64,000 nt of DNA, taken from an uncultured Oscillospiraceae bacterium (GTDB lineage Bacteria > Bacillota > Clostridia > Saccharofermentanales > UBA5734). The notes below the pieces were generated by a model. The model was not told the origin of the DNA. It saw only the letters and a list, made by a program, of their open reading frames with translations, and made no database searches. Shown in pieces: positions 28,820-37,873 of this stretch (the first letter of the stretch is position 1; every line of letters begins with the position of its first letter). The stretch lies in assembly GCA_963827665.1 (NCBI GenBank), contig CAWHBQ010000003.1, forward strand, positions 90,405 through 154,404, in the 5' to 3' direction. A program made the position numbers and the translations under genes.

Positions 28820-28905
28820 AAAAAACCGGCACAATGGCCGGTTACGCTGTTTGCTCTTGTCTGATCAAAGCGTCCATATCAGATCAGACGGTCTTCGCAT
28901 CCAAA
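28820..28905 (-). ncRNA. Probable c-di-GMP-II riboswitch with an overlapping intrinsic terminator
   Basis: Minus strand reads GGATGCGAAGACC-GTCTGATC-TGATATGG-ACGCT-TT-GATCAGAC-AAGAGCAAAC-AGCGT-AACCGGCC: kink-turn GA motifs, 8-bp P3, ACGCT/AGCGT pseudoknot and the AACCGRCC end, followed by ACCGGC-cattgt-GCCGGT-TTTTT. Confidence 0.8.
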
Positions 28906-29071
28906 TATTATATTCAGTTTTACCCTTCAAAGCATTTTATTAATTTACCCATCACTAATATTATAACACTTTATGAAATACTAAAATTGCACGATTTACC
29001 TACATCCCGCACAAAACACACACCAACCTGATGTTTTGGGACCGAAATGCAAGTTGTGCGTTCCTCTGAAA

Positions 29072-29105
29072 AACAAAAACCCCGAAACGAGTGCGTTTCG
29101 AGGTT
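29072..29105 (-). terminator. Terminator after tRNA-Lys
   Basis: AACCCCGAAACG/CGTTTCGAGGTT stem with an A-tract. Confidence 0.75.
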
Positions 29106-29111
29106 CTGTAT

Positions 29112-29187
29112 TGGTGCGCCTTCAGGGATTCGAACCCGGGACCCACTGATTAAGAGTCAGTTGCTCTACCAACTGAGCTAAAGGCGC
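29112..29187 (-). tRNA. tRNA-Lys (anticodon CTT)
   Basis: GCGCCTTTAGCTCAGTTGGTAGAGCAACTGACTCTTAATCAGTGGGTCCCGGGTTCGAATCCCTGAAGGCGCACCA; full cloverleaf with encoded CCA. Confidence 0.97.
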
Positions 29188-29210
29188 ATGTGTTCTTGCG
29201 AACATTAGCT

Positions 29211-29239
29211 ATTATAAGGACGGTATCCCGATGTGTCAA
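29211..29239 (-). promoter_or_regulatory. Sigma-A promoter of tRNA-Lys
   Basis: TTGACA-17 bp-TATAAT, perfect consensus on minus. Confidence 0.9.
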
Positions 29240-29443
29240 TTCAATTTTGGAGATCCAAAGGGTTTTTTTTGCGTATTTTTTGCGGCTTTCCTGTAGCTTT
29301 TATAGGATCGGTCAGCCGTTGTGCTAGAATAAAAACAGAAGATTTCGAACCTTGGCCGATCCCCTTTTTCTTCTGATTTATGTTTATGGTTTTTTGTGCA
29401 GTTATCAATTAGCTCATGCAATCAAACTGATGGAGGCGTCAAG

Positions 29444-30757
29444 ATGGGTATTATCAAGGCAATAGCCAGCGCAATCGGCGGTTCTTTGGCCGACCAGTGG
29501 CTGGAGGTACTCGAACCGGATGAGATGAGTGATACAACCGTTTTCACCCGCGGGGTGAAGGTCCGCCGCGATGACAAACGCAACAGCAATGTCAAAGGGA
29601 CTGACAACACCGTGACCAATGGTTCGGTCATCCATGTCTATCCCAATCAGTTCATGATGCTGGTTGATGGCGGCAAGGTTGTCGACTTCACGGCGGAAGA
29701 GGGTTATTACACGGTCAAGGACTCTTCCCTGCCGTCTTTGTTTGCCGGTGGCTTCGGCGACTCACTCAAGGAAACTTTCAACCGGATCAAGTTCGGCGGT
29801 GTTACCCCAACGGCGCAGAAGGTCTATTACATTAACCTGCAGGAGATCAAGGGGATCAAGTTTGGCACCCAGAATGCGCTCAACTATTTCGACAATTTCT
29901 ATAATGCCGAGCTATTCCTGAGGACGCACGGCACCTATTCGATCAAGATCACAAATCCGCTGCAGTTTTATGCTGAAGCGATTCCGCGCAACCAGGACCG
30001 GGTCGTTATCGACGATATCAATGAGCAGTACCTTTCGGAATTCCTTGAGGCGCTGCAGACTGCGATGAACAAAATGTCTGTCGACGGGATCCGGGTTTCT
30101 TTTGTCGCCAGCAAGGGCAGTGAATTGAGCCAGTACATGGCCAATGTTCTCGATCAAAGCTGGAAACAGATGCGCGGCTTTGAGGTCCAGGCGGTCGGTA
30201 TTGCCAGCATTTCCTACGACGATGCATCCAAAGAGCTGATCAATATGCGCAACAAGGGCGCGATGCTGGGTGATCCGGCTGTTCGTGAAGGGTATGTCCA
30301 GGGATCGATTGCCCGCGGTCTGGAAGCTGCCGGTTCGAACGAAGCCGGTGCGACCGCCACGTTCATGGGCATGGGTGTCGGCATGCAGGCTGGCGGCGGC
30401 TATATGGGCACGGCATCGCAAGCCAATCTCTCGCAGATGCAGATGCAGCAAGCCGGGCTTGCCCAGCAAGCTGGGCTTGCAGGCGCTACAGGGGCTGCAG
30501 GGGTATCAGAAGCTGCTGCAGGGGCTGCCACAACGCAGACTCCACCAACTTCCTCTACCCCGCCTCTAGCTGCGGCGCAAGCGCCTGGAGCAGCATTGGC
30601 CTGGGTCTGCGGCAAATGCGGAGCGAACAACAGCGGCAAGTTCTGTGCTGAATGCGGCACAAAAAAACCGGAAGCCCTGTTCTGCGCCAACTGTGGCCAC
30701 AAGTTCACGGGGGAAAGGCCCAATTTTTGCCCAGAATGTGGCAGCAGCCAGACCTGA
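29444..30757 (+). CDS. SPFH-domain protein with a C-terminal double zinc ribbon (YdjI-like)
   Basis: ITNGS-like TVTNGSVIHV, YYINLQEIKGIKFGT, C-terminal CxxC pairs; GGAGG RBS. Confidence 0.88.
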   Translation: MGIIKAIASAIGGSLADQWLEVLEPDEMSDTTVFTRGVKVRRDDKRNSNVKGTDNTVTNGSVIHVYPNQFMMLVDGGKVVDFTAEEGYYTVKDSSLPSLFAGGFGDSLKETFNRIKFGGVTPTAQKVYYINLQEIKGIKFGTQNALNYFDNFYNAELFLRTHGTYSIKITNPLQFYAEAIPRNQDRVVIDDINEQYLSEFLEALQTAMNKMSVDGIRVSFVASKGSELSQYMANVLDQSWKQMRGFEVQAVGIASISYDDASKELINMRNKGAMLGDPAVREGYVQGSIARGLEAAGSNEAGATATFMGMGVGMQAGGGYMGTASQANLSQMQMQQAGLAQQAGLAGATGAAGVSEAAAGAATTQTPPTSSTPPLAAAQAPGAALAWVCGKCGANNSGKFCAECGTKKPEALFCANCGHKFTGERPNFCPECGSSQT

Positions 30758-30767
30758 GGGTGAATGA

Positions 30768-31850
30768 ATGGCGACGTTAACGGTCAAATGTCCGAACTGT
30801 GGCGGTGGTTTGAAATTCGATCCGGAATCGCAGAAATCCAAATGCGAGTATTGCCTGAGTGAATTTTCGAACCAGGAACTGTCTGCCATCAATGAAAAAC
30901 TTGAAAAAGCTGCAGAAGCAACAGAAGCTGTTGAAAGCCGGCCTGAAGACTTGAATGAGCCAGCTGAAAGATCCGCCGAGAAGCTGGTCGGCTATGTTTG
31001 TGACAGCTGCGGCGCGGAAGTTGTGACGGAAGAAACGACTTCCGCCACGTTCTGCTACTACTGCCACAATCCGGTCTTGCTGACCAGTCGGCTCTCCGGC
31101 GCATTCAAGCCGGACAAGATCATCCCGTTCCAGTACGACAAGGAGAAAGCGATCCAGACTTTTCTCAAATGGTCAAAAACCCGGAAGTTTGTGCCGTCTT
31201 CTTTTTACAGTTCATCCCAGCTGGAGAAAATCACTGGCCTTTACATCCCCTACTGGATGGCTGACTATCAGGCTGATGTCGATTACGCCGGCAAAGGGAT
31301 CAACAGGCGTACCTGGGTTAGCGGCACAACTGAATATACCGAGACCAAAGAATATGCCATCGAGCGAAAAGGCGCGATCGAAGTGGACCATCTCCATGAG
31401 ATTGCGATGAAAAAAATCAACAAAACCCTGATTGACTCGATCACACCGTTTGATGAGTCCCAGGCAGTCGATTTTTCGTTGAACTACCTGAGCGGTTTTT
31501 TTGCCGAAAAGTATGACATCCCGCAGGCAGAAGTCAAACCCGCGCTGGATAGCGAGGCCCGCGACTATGTCTCGACGCTTGTCAGGGATTCCATTTCCGG
31601 ATTCAACCAGGTCGCCGAGATTCGCAACAACGTGAACCTGGCACTGAAAAGCTGGCAGTATTCGCTTTTTCCGGCCTGGATTCTCACCTACCAGTATCAG
31701 GGCAAAACTTATGTTTATGCCGTGAATGGCCAGAATGGCAAGGCTTATGGCGAATTGCCGGTCAACCAGAAAAAGCTGAGCCTGGTGTCCGGGCTGATCG
31801 CCGCCGGTCTAATGGCCTTGGCCGTGATCGGAGGCATGCTGATATGGTGA
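30768..31850 (+). CDS. Zinc-ribbon membrane-anchored protein (YdjG-like)
   Basis: CPNCG, CEYC, CDSCGA, CYYC, YIPYW, VNGQNGK, C-terminal TM. Confidence 0.85.
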   Translation: MATLTVKCPNCGGGLKFDPESQKSKCEYCLSEFSNQELSAINEKLEKAAEATEAVESRPEDLNEPAERSAEKLVGYVCDSCGAEVVTEETTSATFCYYCHNPVLLTSRLSGAFKPDKIIPFQYDKEKAIQTFLKWSKTRKFVPSSFYSSSQLEKITGLYIPYWMADYQADVDYAGKGINRRTWVSGTTEYTETKEYAIERKGAIEVDHLHEIAMKKINKTLIDSITPFDESQAVDFSLNYLSGFFAEKYDIPQAEVKPALDSEARDYVSTLVRDSISGFNQVAEIRNNVNLALKSWQYSLFPAWILTYQYQGKTYVYAVNGQNGKAYGELPVNQKKLSLVSGLIAAGLMALAVIGGMLIW

Positions 31851-32725
31851 AATCGACTAATGTTGACCGCAAATACGGGGCTTCGCGTCATCACGGTGTT
31901 TTCCGCAAATCATTCTGGACGGGCAGTTTGATGTTCATCGCTGCTGTCTTCATCGTTGCGGTTCTTGCGGGGCCTGTCCTGGCCGCCGGTGTCCCGGTTG
32001 TCGACCTGGCTGATGTTTTCAGCGCAAATGAGGAAACTGAACTGAGCCAGACGATCATGGATCTGGATGCGGTGTACCAGATGGACCTCGTGGTTGTCAC
32101 CACCGATGACACCGGAGGGAAATCGGCGCGCGACTATGCCGATGATTATTTTGACCAGAATGGCTACGGGGTTGGGACTGATCTCAATGGCATTCTGTTC
32201 CTGATCGATCTGGACAACCGGGAAGCATATATTTCGACCTCCGGCAGCGGGATCAGGTATTTGACCGATCAGCGGATCGAAGCGGTGCTGGATGCAGTTT
32301 TCGCTGGCGGTTTAAGCGATGGCAATTACTTTGGTGCTGCCCGGGAGTTCCTGAACAAAACTGCTGAATACCTGAAGGCTGGCATTCCTGCCGATCAGTA
32401 CAGTCAGCAAGAAGACCAGCCCAACCGGTTGACTGCGTTGGACGGCATCCTCGGTGCTCTGGTCTCCGGTGCTTCCGGCTTCGGTTTTCTGGCTTCCGTC
32501 CGCCAGAGATACAAAGGCAAGCCGCGGCCGGGCTATTTTGATTTCCGCCGCAACAGCCTGGTCAATTTCGGGATCAGCCAGGATAACCTGCTAGATACCA
32601 GGGTCACCACACGCCTGCGTCCGGTCCAGCCTGTCGCTTCGGGCTCGCGATCATCAAGTGGACGAAGTACGATCCATCGCTCGGGTGGCGGCGGATTCCA
32701 CGGCGGTGGCGGACGCAAATTTTAA
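31844..32725 (+). CDS. TPM domain protein (YdjH-like)
   Basis: VVDLADVFS, VVVTT, YADDYFD, GILFLID; Gly/Ser-rich tail ending GGGGRKF. Confidence 0.9.
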   Translation: MVKSTNVDRKYGASRHHGVFRKSFWTGSLMFIAAVFIVAVLAGPVLAAGVPVVDLADVFSANEETELSQTIMDLDAVYQMDLVVVTTDDTGGKSARDYADDYFDQNGYGVGTDLNGILFLIDLDNREAYISTSGSGIRYLTDQRIEAVLDAVFAGGLSDGNYFGAAREFLNKTAEYLKAGIPADQYSQQEDQPNRLTALDGILGALVSGASGFGFLASVRQRYKGKPRPGYFDFRRNSLVNFGISQDNLLDTRVTTRLRPVQPVASGSRSSSGRSTIHRSGGGGFHGGGGRKF

Positions 32726-32733
32726 CAAAAACA

Positions 32734-32787
32734 ATCCCGGACTGTTCTTCGTCTCATCGAGACGCCGATCGATCCGGGATTTTTTAT
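32734..32787. terminator. Terminator between convergent genes
   Basis: AATCCCGGA/TCCGGGATT stem followed by a T-tract. Confidence 0.65.
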
Positions 32788-32830
32788 TCTGGTTCGAGTT
32801 TTAGTTCGGGTTATTATTCGATCTCTGGAT

Positions 32831-34216
32831 TCAGATCCGTTCGAGAATGCTGCGGGCGGCGATGACACCACTCGCACCGGCCTGGGACAGGCCGCGCGTG
32901 ATCCCGGCGCCGTCGCCGACGGCATAGAGATTGGGCAATTCGGTCTCGAGGTCCCGGTTCAGATGGAGACGGGAGCTGTAGAATTTGACCTCTACGCCGT
33001 AGAGCAATGTATCATAATTAGCCGTTCCTGGCGCGATTTTATCCAGGGTGTAGATCATTTCGATGATGTTGTCGAGGTGCCGTTTAGGCAGCACCAGGCT
33101 GAGATCCCCCGGTGTAGCTTCGAGGGTCGGCCGGACAAAGCTCTGGGCCAGACGGTGCTGGTTGGTGCGCTGGCCATCGACGAGATCGCCGAACCGCTGG
33201 ACGATGATCCCGCCGCCGAGCATATTCGACAGGGAAGCGATCCGTTTGCCATACTGGTAGGGCTCCTGGAAGGGCGACGTGAACTTGTTACTGACGAGCA
33301 GGGCGAAATTGGTGTTCTCACTGCGCAAGGCCGGATCGGTGTAGCTATGGCCGTTGACTGTGATGATCCCGTCCGTGTTTTCAGTCACGACATAGCCATA
33401 GGGATTCATGCAGAACGTCCGGACAGCATCTTTGTATTGTTTGGTATGGTAATGCAGTTTGGCTTCATAGACGGCATCGGTGATTTCCTTGAAGACAATC
33501 GCCGGCAACTCAACGCGGACACCGATGTCGACCTGGTTATTGAGCATCGGCAACTTCAGGCGATGGCACTGGTCGCTGAACCATTCGGCCCCTGAGCGGC
33601 CAGGTCCGGCAATCACGAAGCGGGCGGTCATTTCACCCTGGTTGGTATCGAGGCGATAGCCTTTTTCACTGTCCGGATCGAAACTGACGACACGGGTGTT
33701 GCAGTGCAAATCGAGCCGCTGGCTGAGGTACTCGGCCTGGGCGGTCAGGATTTCCCGGTTGCGTTCTGTCCCGAGGTGTTTGCAGCGCGCATCGAGCAGG
33801 TGCAGGTCATGGCTGATCGCCCGGCGGCGGATCAGGCCAGCGGCCGGGGTTGACGTCGAAAATTCCTCTTTCGTCGCACCGAACTCCTGGTTGATCCGGT
33901 CGACATATTCGATCAGCTCCATGACATCTTTGTCCGGACGATAATCGTTAAGCCAGCCGCCAAACTGGGTCGTGAAGTTGAATTTGCCGTCCGAAAAAGC
34001 GCCAGCGCCGCCAAAGCCGCGCATGATCGCGCAGGAACGGCAGTTGATGCAATGGTCGACCTTTTTGTCGACAATCGGGCAGTTGCGGCGTGCGATCGTC
34101 TCACCCTGTTCGAGCAGGGCGATTTTCAGATCCGGCCGCTTGGTGACCAGTTCATAACCGGCAAAAATACCGGACAGGCCGCCGCCAATGATGATGACAT
34201 CATAATTGAGACTCAT
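32831..34216 (-). CDS. NAD(P)/FAD-dependent oxidoreductase
   Basis: IIGGGLSG, GFGGAGAFSDGK, VRTFCMNP, GDGAGITRGL. Confidence 0.9.
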   Translation of the reverse strand: MSLNYDVIIIGGGLSGIFAGYELVTKRPDLKIALLEQGETIARRNCPIVDKKVDHCINCRSCAIMRGFGGAGAFSDGKFNFTTQFGGWLNDYRPDKDVMELIEYVDRINQEFGATKEEFSTSTPAAGLIRRRAISHDLHLLDARCKHLGTERNREILTAQAEYLSQRLDLHCNTRVVSFDPDSEKGYRLDTNQGEMTARFVIAGPGRSGAEWFSDQCHRLKLPMLNNQVDIGVRVELPAIVFKEITDAVYEAKLHYHTKQYKDAVRTFCMNPYGYVVTENTDGIITVNGHSYTDPALRSENTNFALLVSNKFTSPFQEPYQYGKRIASLSNMLGGGIIVQRFGDLVDGQRTNQHRLAQSFVRPTLEATPGDLSLVLPKRHLDNIIEMIYTLDKIAPGTANYDTLLYGVEVKFYSSRLHLNRDLETELPNLYAVGDGAGITRGLSQAGASGVIAARSILERI

Positions 34217-35361
34217 TCCGTTTTGTCCTCCGGCTGCTGTTCGGAATCGCCGGTCTGAGATTGAGGTTCGGTTTGCTGGGGCTGAACCGACGGCTCGCTC
34301 TGTTCGGCGCTCGCCTGAGGCTGGGTTTGCGGCTGGGATTGCGGCTGGGGCTGAGCTGACTGGGATTTGGCGACGGCAATGAAGCCATAGTCCGCCATGG
34401 TTGCCAAGCCCTGGTCAACTGAGTTCCTGCGCAAAACTGAATAGAGTTCGGCAACAGTCGCTTTGTAATAAGGACGGACAAAAACGATGCCGACCACAAA
34501 CAGGCAGAGGCCGAGCAGATACCAGCCGATAAAGGAAAGATCAAGGACAAACATGTCGAATTTATGGCCCCGGGTCATGCGGCGGGATAATTTCAAGGCT
34601 CTGCGGAAGCCAATGCGCGGGTTGTCCGCCAGGATCCAGGGGGTCATCCGGTAGGCATATCGCTTGATCAGAACCGGAATGGACAGCAGGACAGCCAGCA
34701 GAAAAATGATGGCCAAAACTGCAAACAGAATGGCGATCGCTGCCTGATTATTCTGGAAAAATGCCGGCGCTGAATCCCGGAAGTTGTGGAATTGACCGGC
34801 CTGGTCTTTCCAGCTCCAGTTCTGCTGCCACTGCTGGTTCCAGTCCCAATTGGCCGGCCAGGCGATCGGCTGGAACAGGACAATGTAGATGACAATGACG
34901 ATGATACCGCCGAGGACCGGCAGCAAGGGCAACAGGGACCAGAGCCAGAGCCATAAATTCATCCACAGCATCGCACCGACGGTCGGCATCCAGTTCGAGC
35001 CTTGAAAAAGACTGAACATCTGTCCCAGCGACGGGGTTTTCTGGTTTTCCCTGTTGCGGGAAAACCAGCGTGATTCACCGACGCCAATGACGGTCGAGAC
35101 AAAAATCCGGAAAAAGATCCCGACAAATGCCGCGATACCGATCGAGACCAGGATCAGCTGGACCCAGAAATTCTGCAGCAGCGTCGCCCAGGCCACTTCC
35201 ATGCCGGCAAAGCGGTCCATATCGTGGCGATCAAACTGGTATTGGAATATCCTTGTCCCGCCGGAAAGCACTGAGGCGATCAGGCCAACCAGTAAAGCCA
35301 TCCAGTAGCTGCCGGCCAGACTCTTTTTTGCATTTGATTTAAGTTCCTGTCGAGTCCACAT
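34213..35361 (-). CDS. DUF975 family membrane protein
   Basis: RQELKSNAK, YRMTPWILADNP, SRRMTRGHKFDMFVLDLSFIGW, PYY; Q/P-rich tail. Confidence 0.9.
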   Translation of the reverse strand: MWTRQELKSNAKKSLAGSYWMALLVGLIASVLSGGTRIFQYQFDRHDMDRFAGMEVAWATLLQNFWVQLILVSIGIAAFVGIFFRIFVSTVIGVGESRWFSRNRENQKTPSLGQMFSLFQGSNWMPTVGAMLWMNLWLWLWSLLPLLPVLGGIIVIVIYIVLFQPIAWPANWDWNQQWQQNWSWKDQAGQFHNFRDSAPAFFQNNQAAIAILFAVLAIIFLLAVLLSIPVLIKRYAYRMTPWILADNPRIGFRRALKLSRRMTRGHKFDMFVLDLSFIGWYLLGLCLFVVGIVFVRPYYKATVAELYSVLRRNSVDQGLATMADYGFIAVAKSQSAQPQPQSQPQTQPQASAEQSEPSVQPQQTEPQSQTGDSEQQPEDKTE

Positions 35362-35421
35362 ATCAACCTCCACCACTGCTGCCGATTTTCTTGGAATCAT
35401 CGATCAGCAAAAGACCTGAAA

Positions 35422-35463
35422 TGGCACATTTATGCCATAATTGTGTTCGGCATAAATATGCCA
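35422..35463. promoter_or_regulatory. Pair of ARG-box-like palindromes upstream of argJ
   Basis: GGCACATTTATGCC and GGCATAAATATGCC resemble ArgR sites and are also mutually inverted. Confidence 0.45.
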
Positions 35464-35648
35464 ACCACTTGCTATTATATCGAAATTCATTGCGGCATCA
35501 TAGCATCGCGTCATGCTTTAACGGCTACTCGAGGCAATTTTTACCAGTCCTTGCAGGATTGCAGAGAGCGATCAGCAGCCTCTTCCCTTGCAGGTTGTTC
35601 CGTTTGATGGTAATTTTTAGGAAAGTATAGATGTTTGGAGATGATGCG

Positions 35649-36860
35649 ATGAAACCAGCATCCGGTTCGATCACTGCCCCCAAAGGATTTGCCGCCGCCG
35701 GCGTTGCCTGTGGCCTGAAAAAAGATAACCGACTTGACCTGGCTTTGATTGTCAGCGAAGTTCCGGCAACGGCCGCCGGTGTGTTCACCCGCAATGTCGT
35801 CAAGGGACATTCCCTGCAGCGGACGATGGAGACGATCCGCAGCGGCCTGGCGAGTGCCGTGGTCATCAACAGCGGCAATGCCAATGCCTGTGTCGGCGAA
35901 GCCGGTTACAAGGATGCTGAAGCAATGGCCGCTTGGACTGCTGCCGAACTCGGCTGCCCGGTCGAACAGGTTTTGACCGGCTCGACCGGTGTCATCGGCA
36001 AACGCCTCGACCTGGCAGCTGTCGAACGCGGCATCAGGGCAGCCAGCGCTGCCCTGGCCTCATCCCAGGAAGCCGGCCATCTGGCCGAACAGGCCATCAT
36101 GACAACGGACCTCGTGCCCAAGGAATGTGTCGTGACCTTTGAACTCGAAGGCAAGACGGTCACTGTCGCAGGCATGGCCAAAGGATCAGGCATGATCCAT
36201 CCGAATATGGCAACGATGATCGGCATGATCACCACCGATTGTGCGGTCGATCATGATGTCCTGGTCTCGATGCTGCGCCAGACAACCGATCAGACGTTCA
36301 ACCGCGTCTCGGTCGATGGCGACACCAGTGTCTGCGACATGGTCATCGCTTTGGCCAATGGCCGCGCCAACACCCCGAAAATCACCAGTGCGGCAAGCGC
36401 CGCCGGTCAGCAGCTCCAGAAAGCGATCACGATCGTCAGCACCTACCTGGCTCGCCTGATCGCCCAGGATGGCGAAGGCGCGACCAAACTGGTTGAAATC
36501 CAGTGCCAGGGTGCCAAATCTGCCGAGGACGCTTACAAAATCGTGCTTGCAGTCGGTAAATCTCCGCTCGTCAAGACAGCGATATTCGGTGAAGATGCCA
36601 ACTGGGGACGGATCCTGACGGCTGCGGGCTATTCCGGGGCCGACTTTGACCCCAATTTGTGCGATATCTATCTGGGTGACCTTAAGGTTTGCGAGAATGG
36701 CACGGCCTTGCTGTTTGACGAAGTGCTGGCCAAGCAGATCCTGCAGCAGAAGGAAGTCCTGATCCGGATTTTGCTCCACGAAGGGCAGGCATTCGACCGG
36801 TTGTGGACCTGCGATTTCTCATATGACTATGTCCGCATCAACGGCAGCTACCGGACCTGA
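35649..36860 (+). CDS. argJ: Bifunctional ornithine acetyltransferase / N-acetylglutamate synthase
   Basis: NSGNANAC, STGVIG, IMTTD, AKGSGMIHPNMATM, DGEGATK, DANWGR. Confidence 0.97.
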   Translation: MKPASGSITAPKGFAAAGVACGLKKDNRLDLALIVSEVPATAAGVFTRNVVKGHSLQRTMETIRSGLASAVVINSGNANACVGEAGYKDAEAMAAWTAAELGCPVEQVLTGSTGVIGKRLDLAAVERGIRAASAALASSQEAGHLAEQAIMTTDLVPKECVVTFELEGKTVTVAGMAKGSGMIHPNMATMIGMITTDCAVDHDVLVSMLRQTTDQTFNRVSVDGDTSVCDMVIALANGRANTPKITSAASAAGQQLQKAITIVSTYLARLIAQDGEGATKLVEIQCQGAKSAEDAYKIVLAVGKSPLVKTAIFGEDANWGRILTAAGYSGADFDPNLCDIYLGDLKVCENGTALLFDEVLAKQILQQKEVLIRILLHEGQAFDRLWTCDFSYDYVRINGSYRT

Positions 36861-36872
36861 TCTGCCTCATGG

Positions 36873-36905
36873 ATTCTGTGCCTGACCTGAAAATCAGGCA
36901 CAGAA
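36873..36905. terminator. Hairpin between convergent argJ and the mutase operon
   Basis: TTCTGTGCCTGA/TCAGGCACAGAA perfect stem. Confidence 0.75.
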
Positions 36906-36909
36906 CCTT

Positions 36910-37845
36910 TCAGACCCGGGGCAGATTCAACTGGTTCAGGTCTTTGATATTTGTCGTCTGTCCTGGACCGACTTGACCAACCAGGGCATAGGTTTTATCC
37001 AGCGGGCTATAGACGAACTCCCTGACCAGCATGAAACGTTCGATTTCGCATGTATTGCGGACATGGATGCGCGGGCATGAACAGGGATATCTTTCATCGC
37101 CGATGGTGATGTGGTTTTCATCACCGATTGCGATGTCCAGACCTTCAGCAATTGTTTTCCTGACCTTTTCTTCCAGTTCAGCGATCTCAAAATCCGGCTT
37201 CTGCTTGAATAACAGCACGAAGCCGTTTTTGACGTCGCCTCGGAGCAGTGGATGTCCGAATCCATAATCCTCCTCGAGGATTTTACAGGTCAGGTCTTCC
37301 GCCGTATGGGCCATTTTCCGGTACTTGATGGAGGCGAACACGATCTCGCTGATATCCTGCGGCAACGGCCCAAAAAGATTCGGGCGAGTCACAATCACCT
37401 CTTCCCCGATGCCGATCAGGATTTCAGCGTTCAGTCCCAGATAGGGGTAGATCAGCTCAAAATGCTCGATGACCACTCGCTTGTCGAGATCGATGGCGGT
37501 CCTGACGGCTTCCACCAGCGTGCCCATCTGGGAGAACGCCAACTCAAAGCGGACATCGAGGTGATAGGTGTGACTGCTGAAAAAGCCTTTGTCACCAGCT
37601 GTGAGAATCGGCAACGGCCTGACGTTGATCCCCTCGTCGTCATTCGTCAACTCAAGACCGGGGAACATGCCTTTGATCAGGAGTGACTTGCCAGAACCAG
37701 CATCGCCGATCAAGCCGATCAGCTTGTCCTGAGGGCTTAGATGATGCATGGCGATCGTCTGGCCCAGATTCATCAGCCGATATCTGCCGCGCGGGGCAAA
37801 ATAGACGACATACATCAAGGCATCCTGGTGCAGGGTTTCATTCAT
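36910..37845 (-). CDS. P-loop protein with a C-terminal tRNA-synthetase second-additional-domain (SAD)-like region
   Basis: Walker A GDAGSGKS; RKMAHTAEDL and YPCSCPRIHVRNT resemble the AlaRS/ThrRS HxxxH and CxxxH editing motifs; AAGGAGG RBS before ATG 37845. Confidence 0.75.
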   Translation of the reverse strand: MNETLHQDALMYVVYFAPRGRYRLMNLGQTIAMHHLSPQDKLIGLIGDAGSGKSLLIKGMFPGLELTNDDEGINVRPLPILTAGDKGFFSSHTYHLDVRFELAFSQMGTLVEAVRTAIDLDKRVVIEHFELIYPYLGLNAEILIGIGEEVIVTRPNLFGPLPQDISEIVFASIKYRKMAHTAEDLTCKILEEDYGFGHPLLRGDVKNGFVLLFKQKPDFEIAELEEKVRKTIAEGLDIAIGDENHITIGDERYPCSCPRIHVRNTCEIERFMLVREFVYSPLDKTYALVGQVGPGQTTNIKDLNQLNLPRV

Positions 37846-37873
37846 TGATCTGCCTCCTTGATCCGTTGCGCCA

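Noticed and set aside
28771-29031. 86-aa plus-strand ORF
   Set aside because: Antisense to the riboswitch leader, with no RBS or protein-like features.
27687-29187. Prophage or integrative element at tRNA-Lys
   Set aside because: No integrase, phage genes or duplicated tRNA 3' end found.
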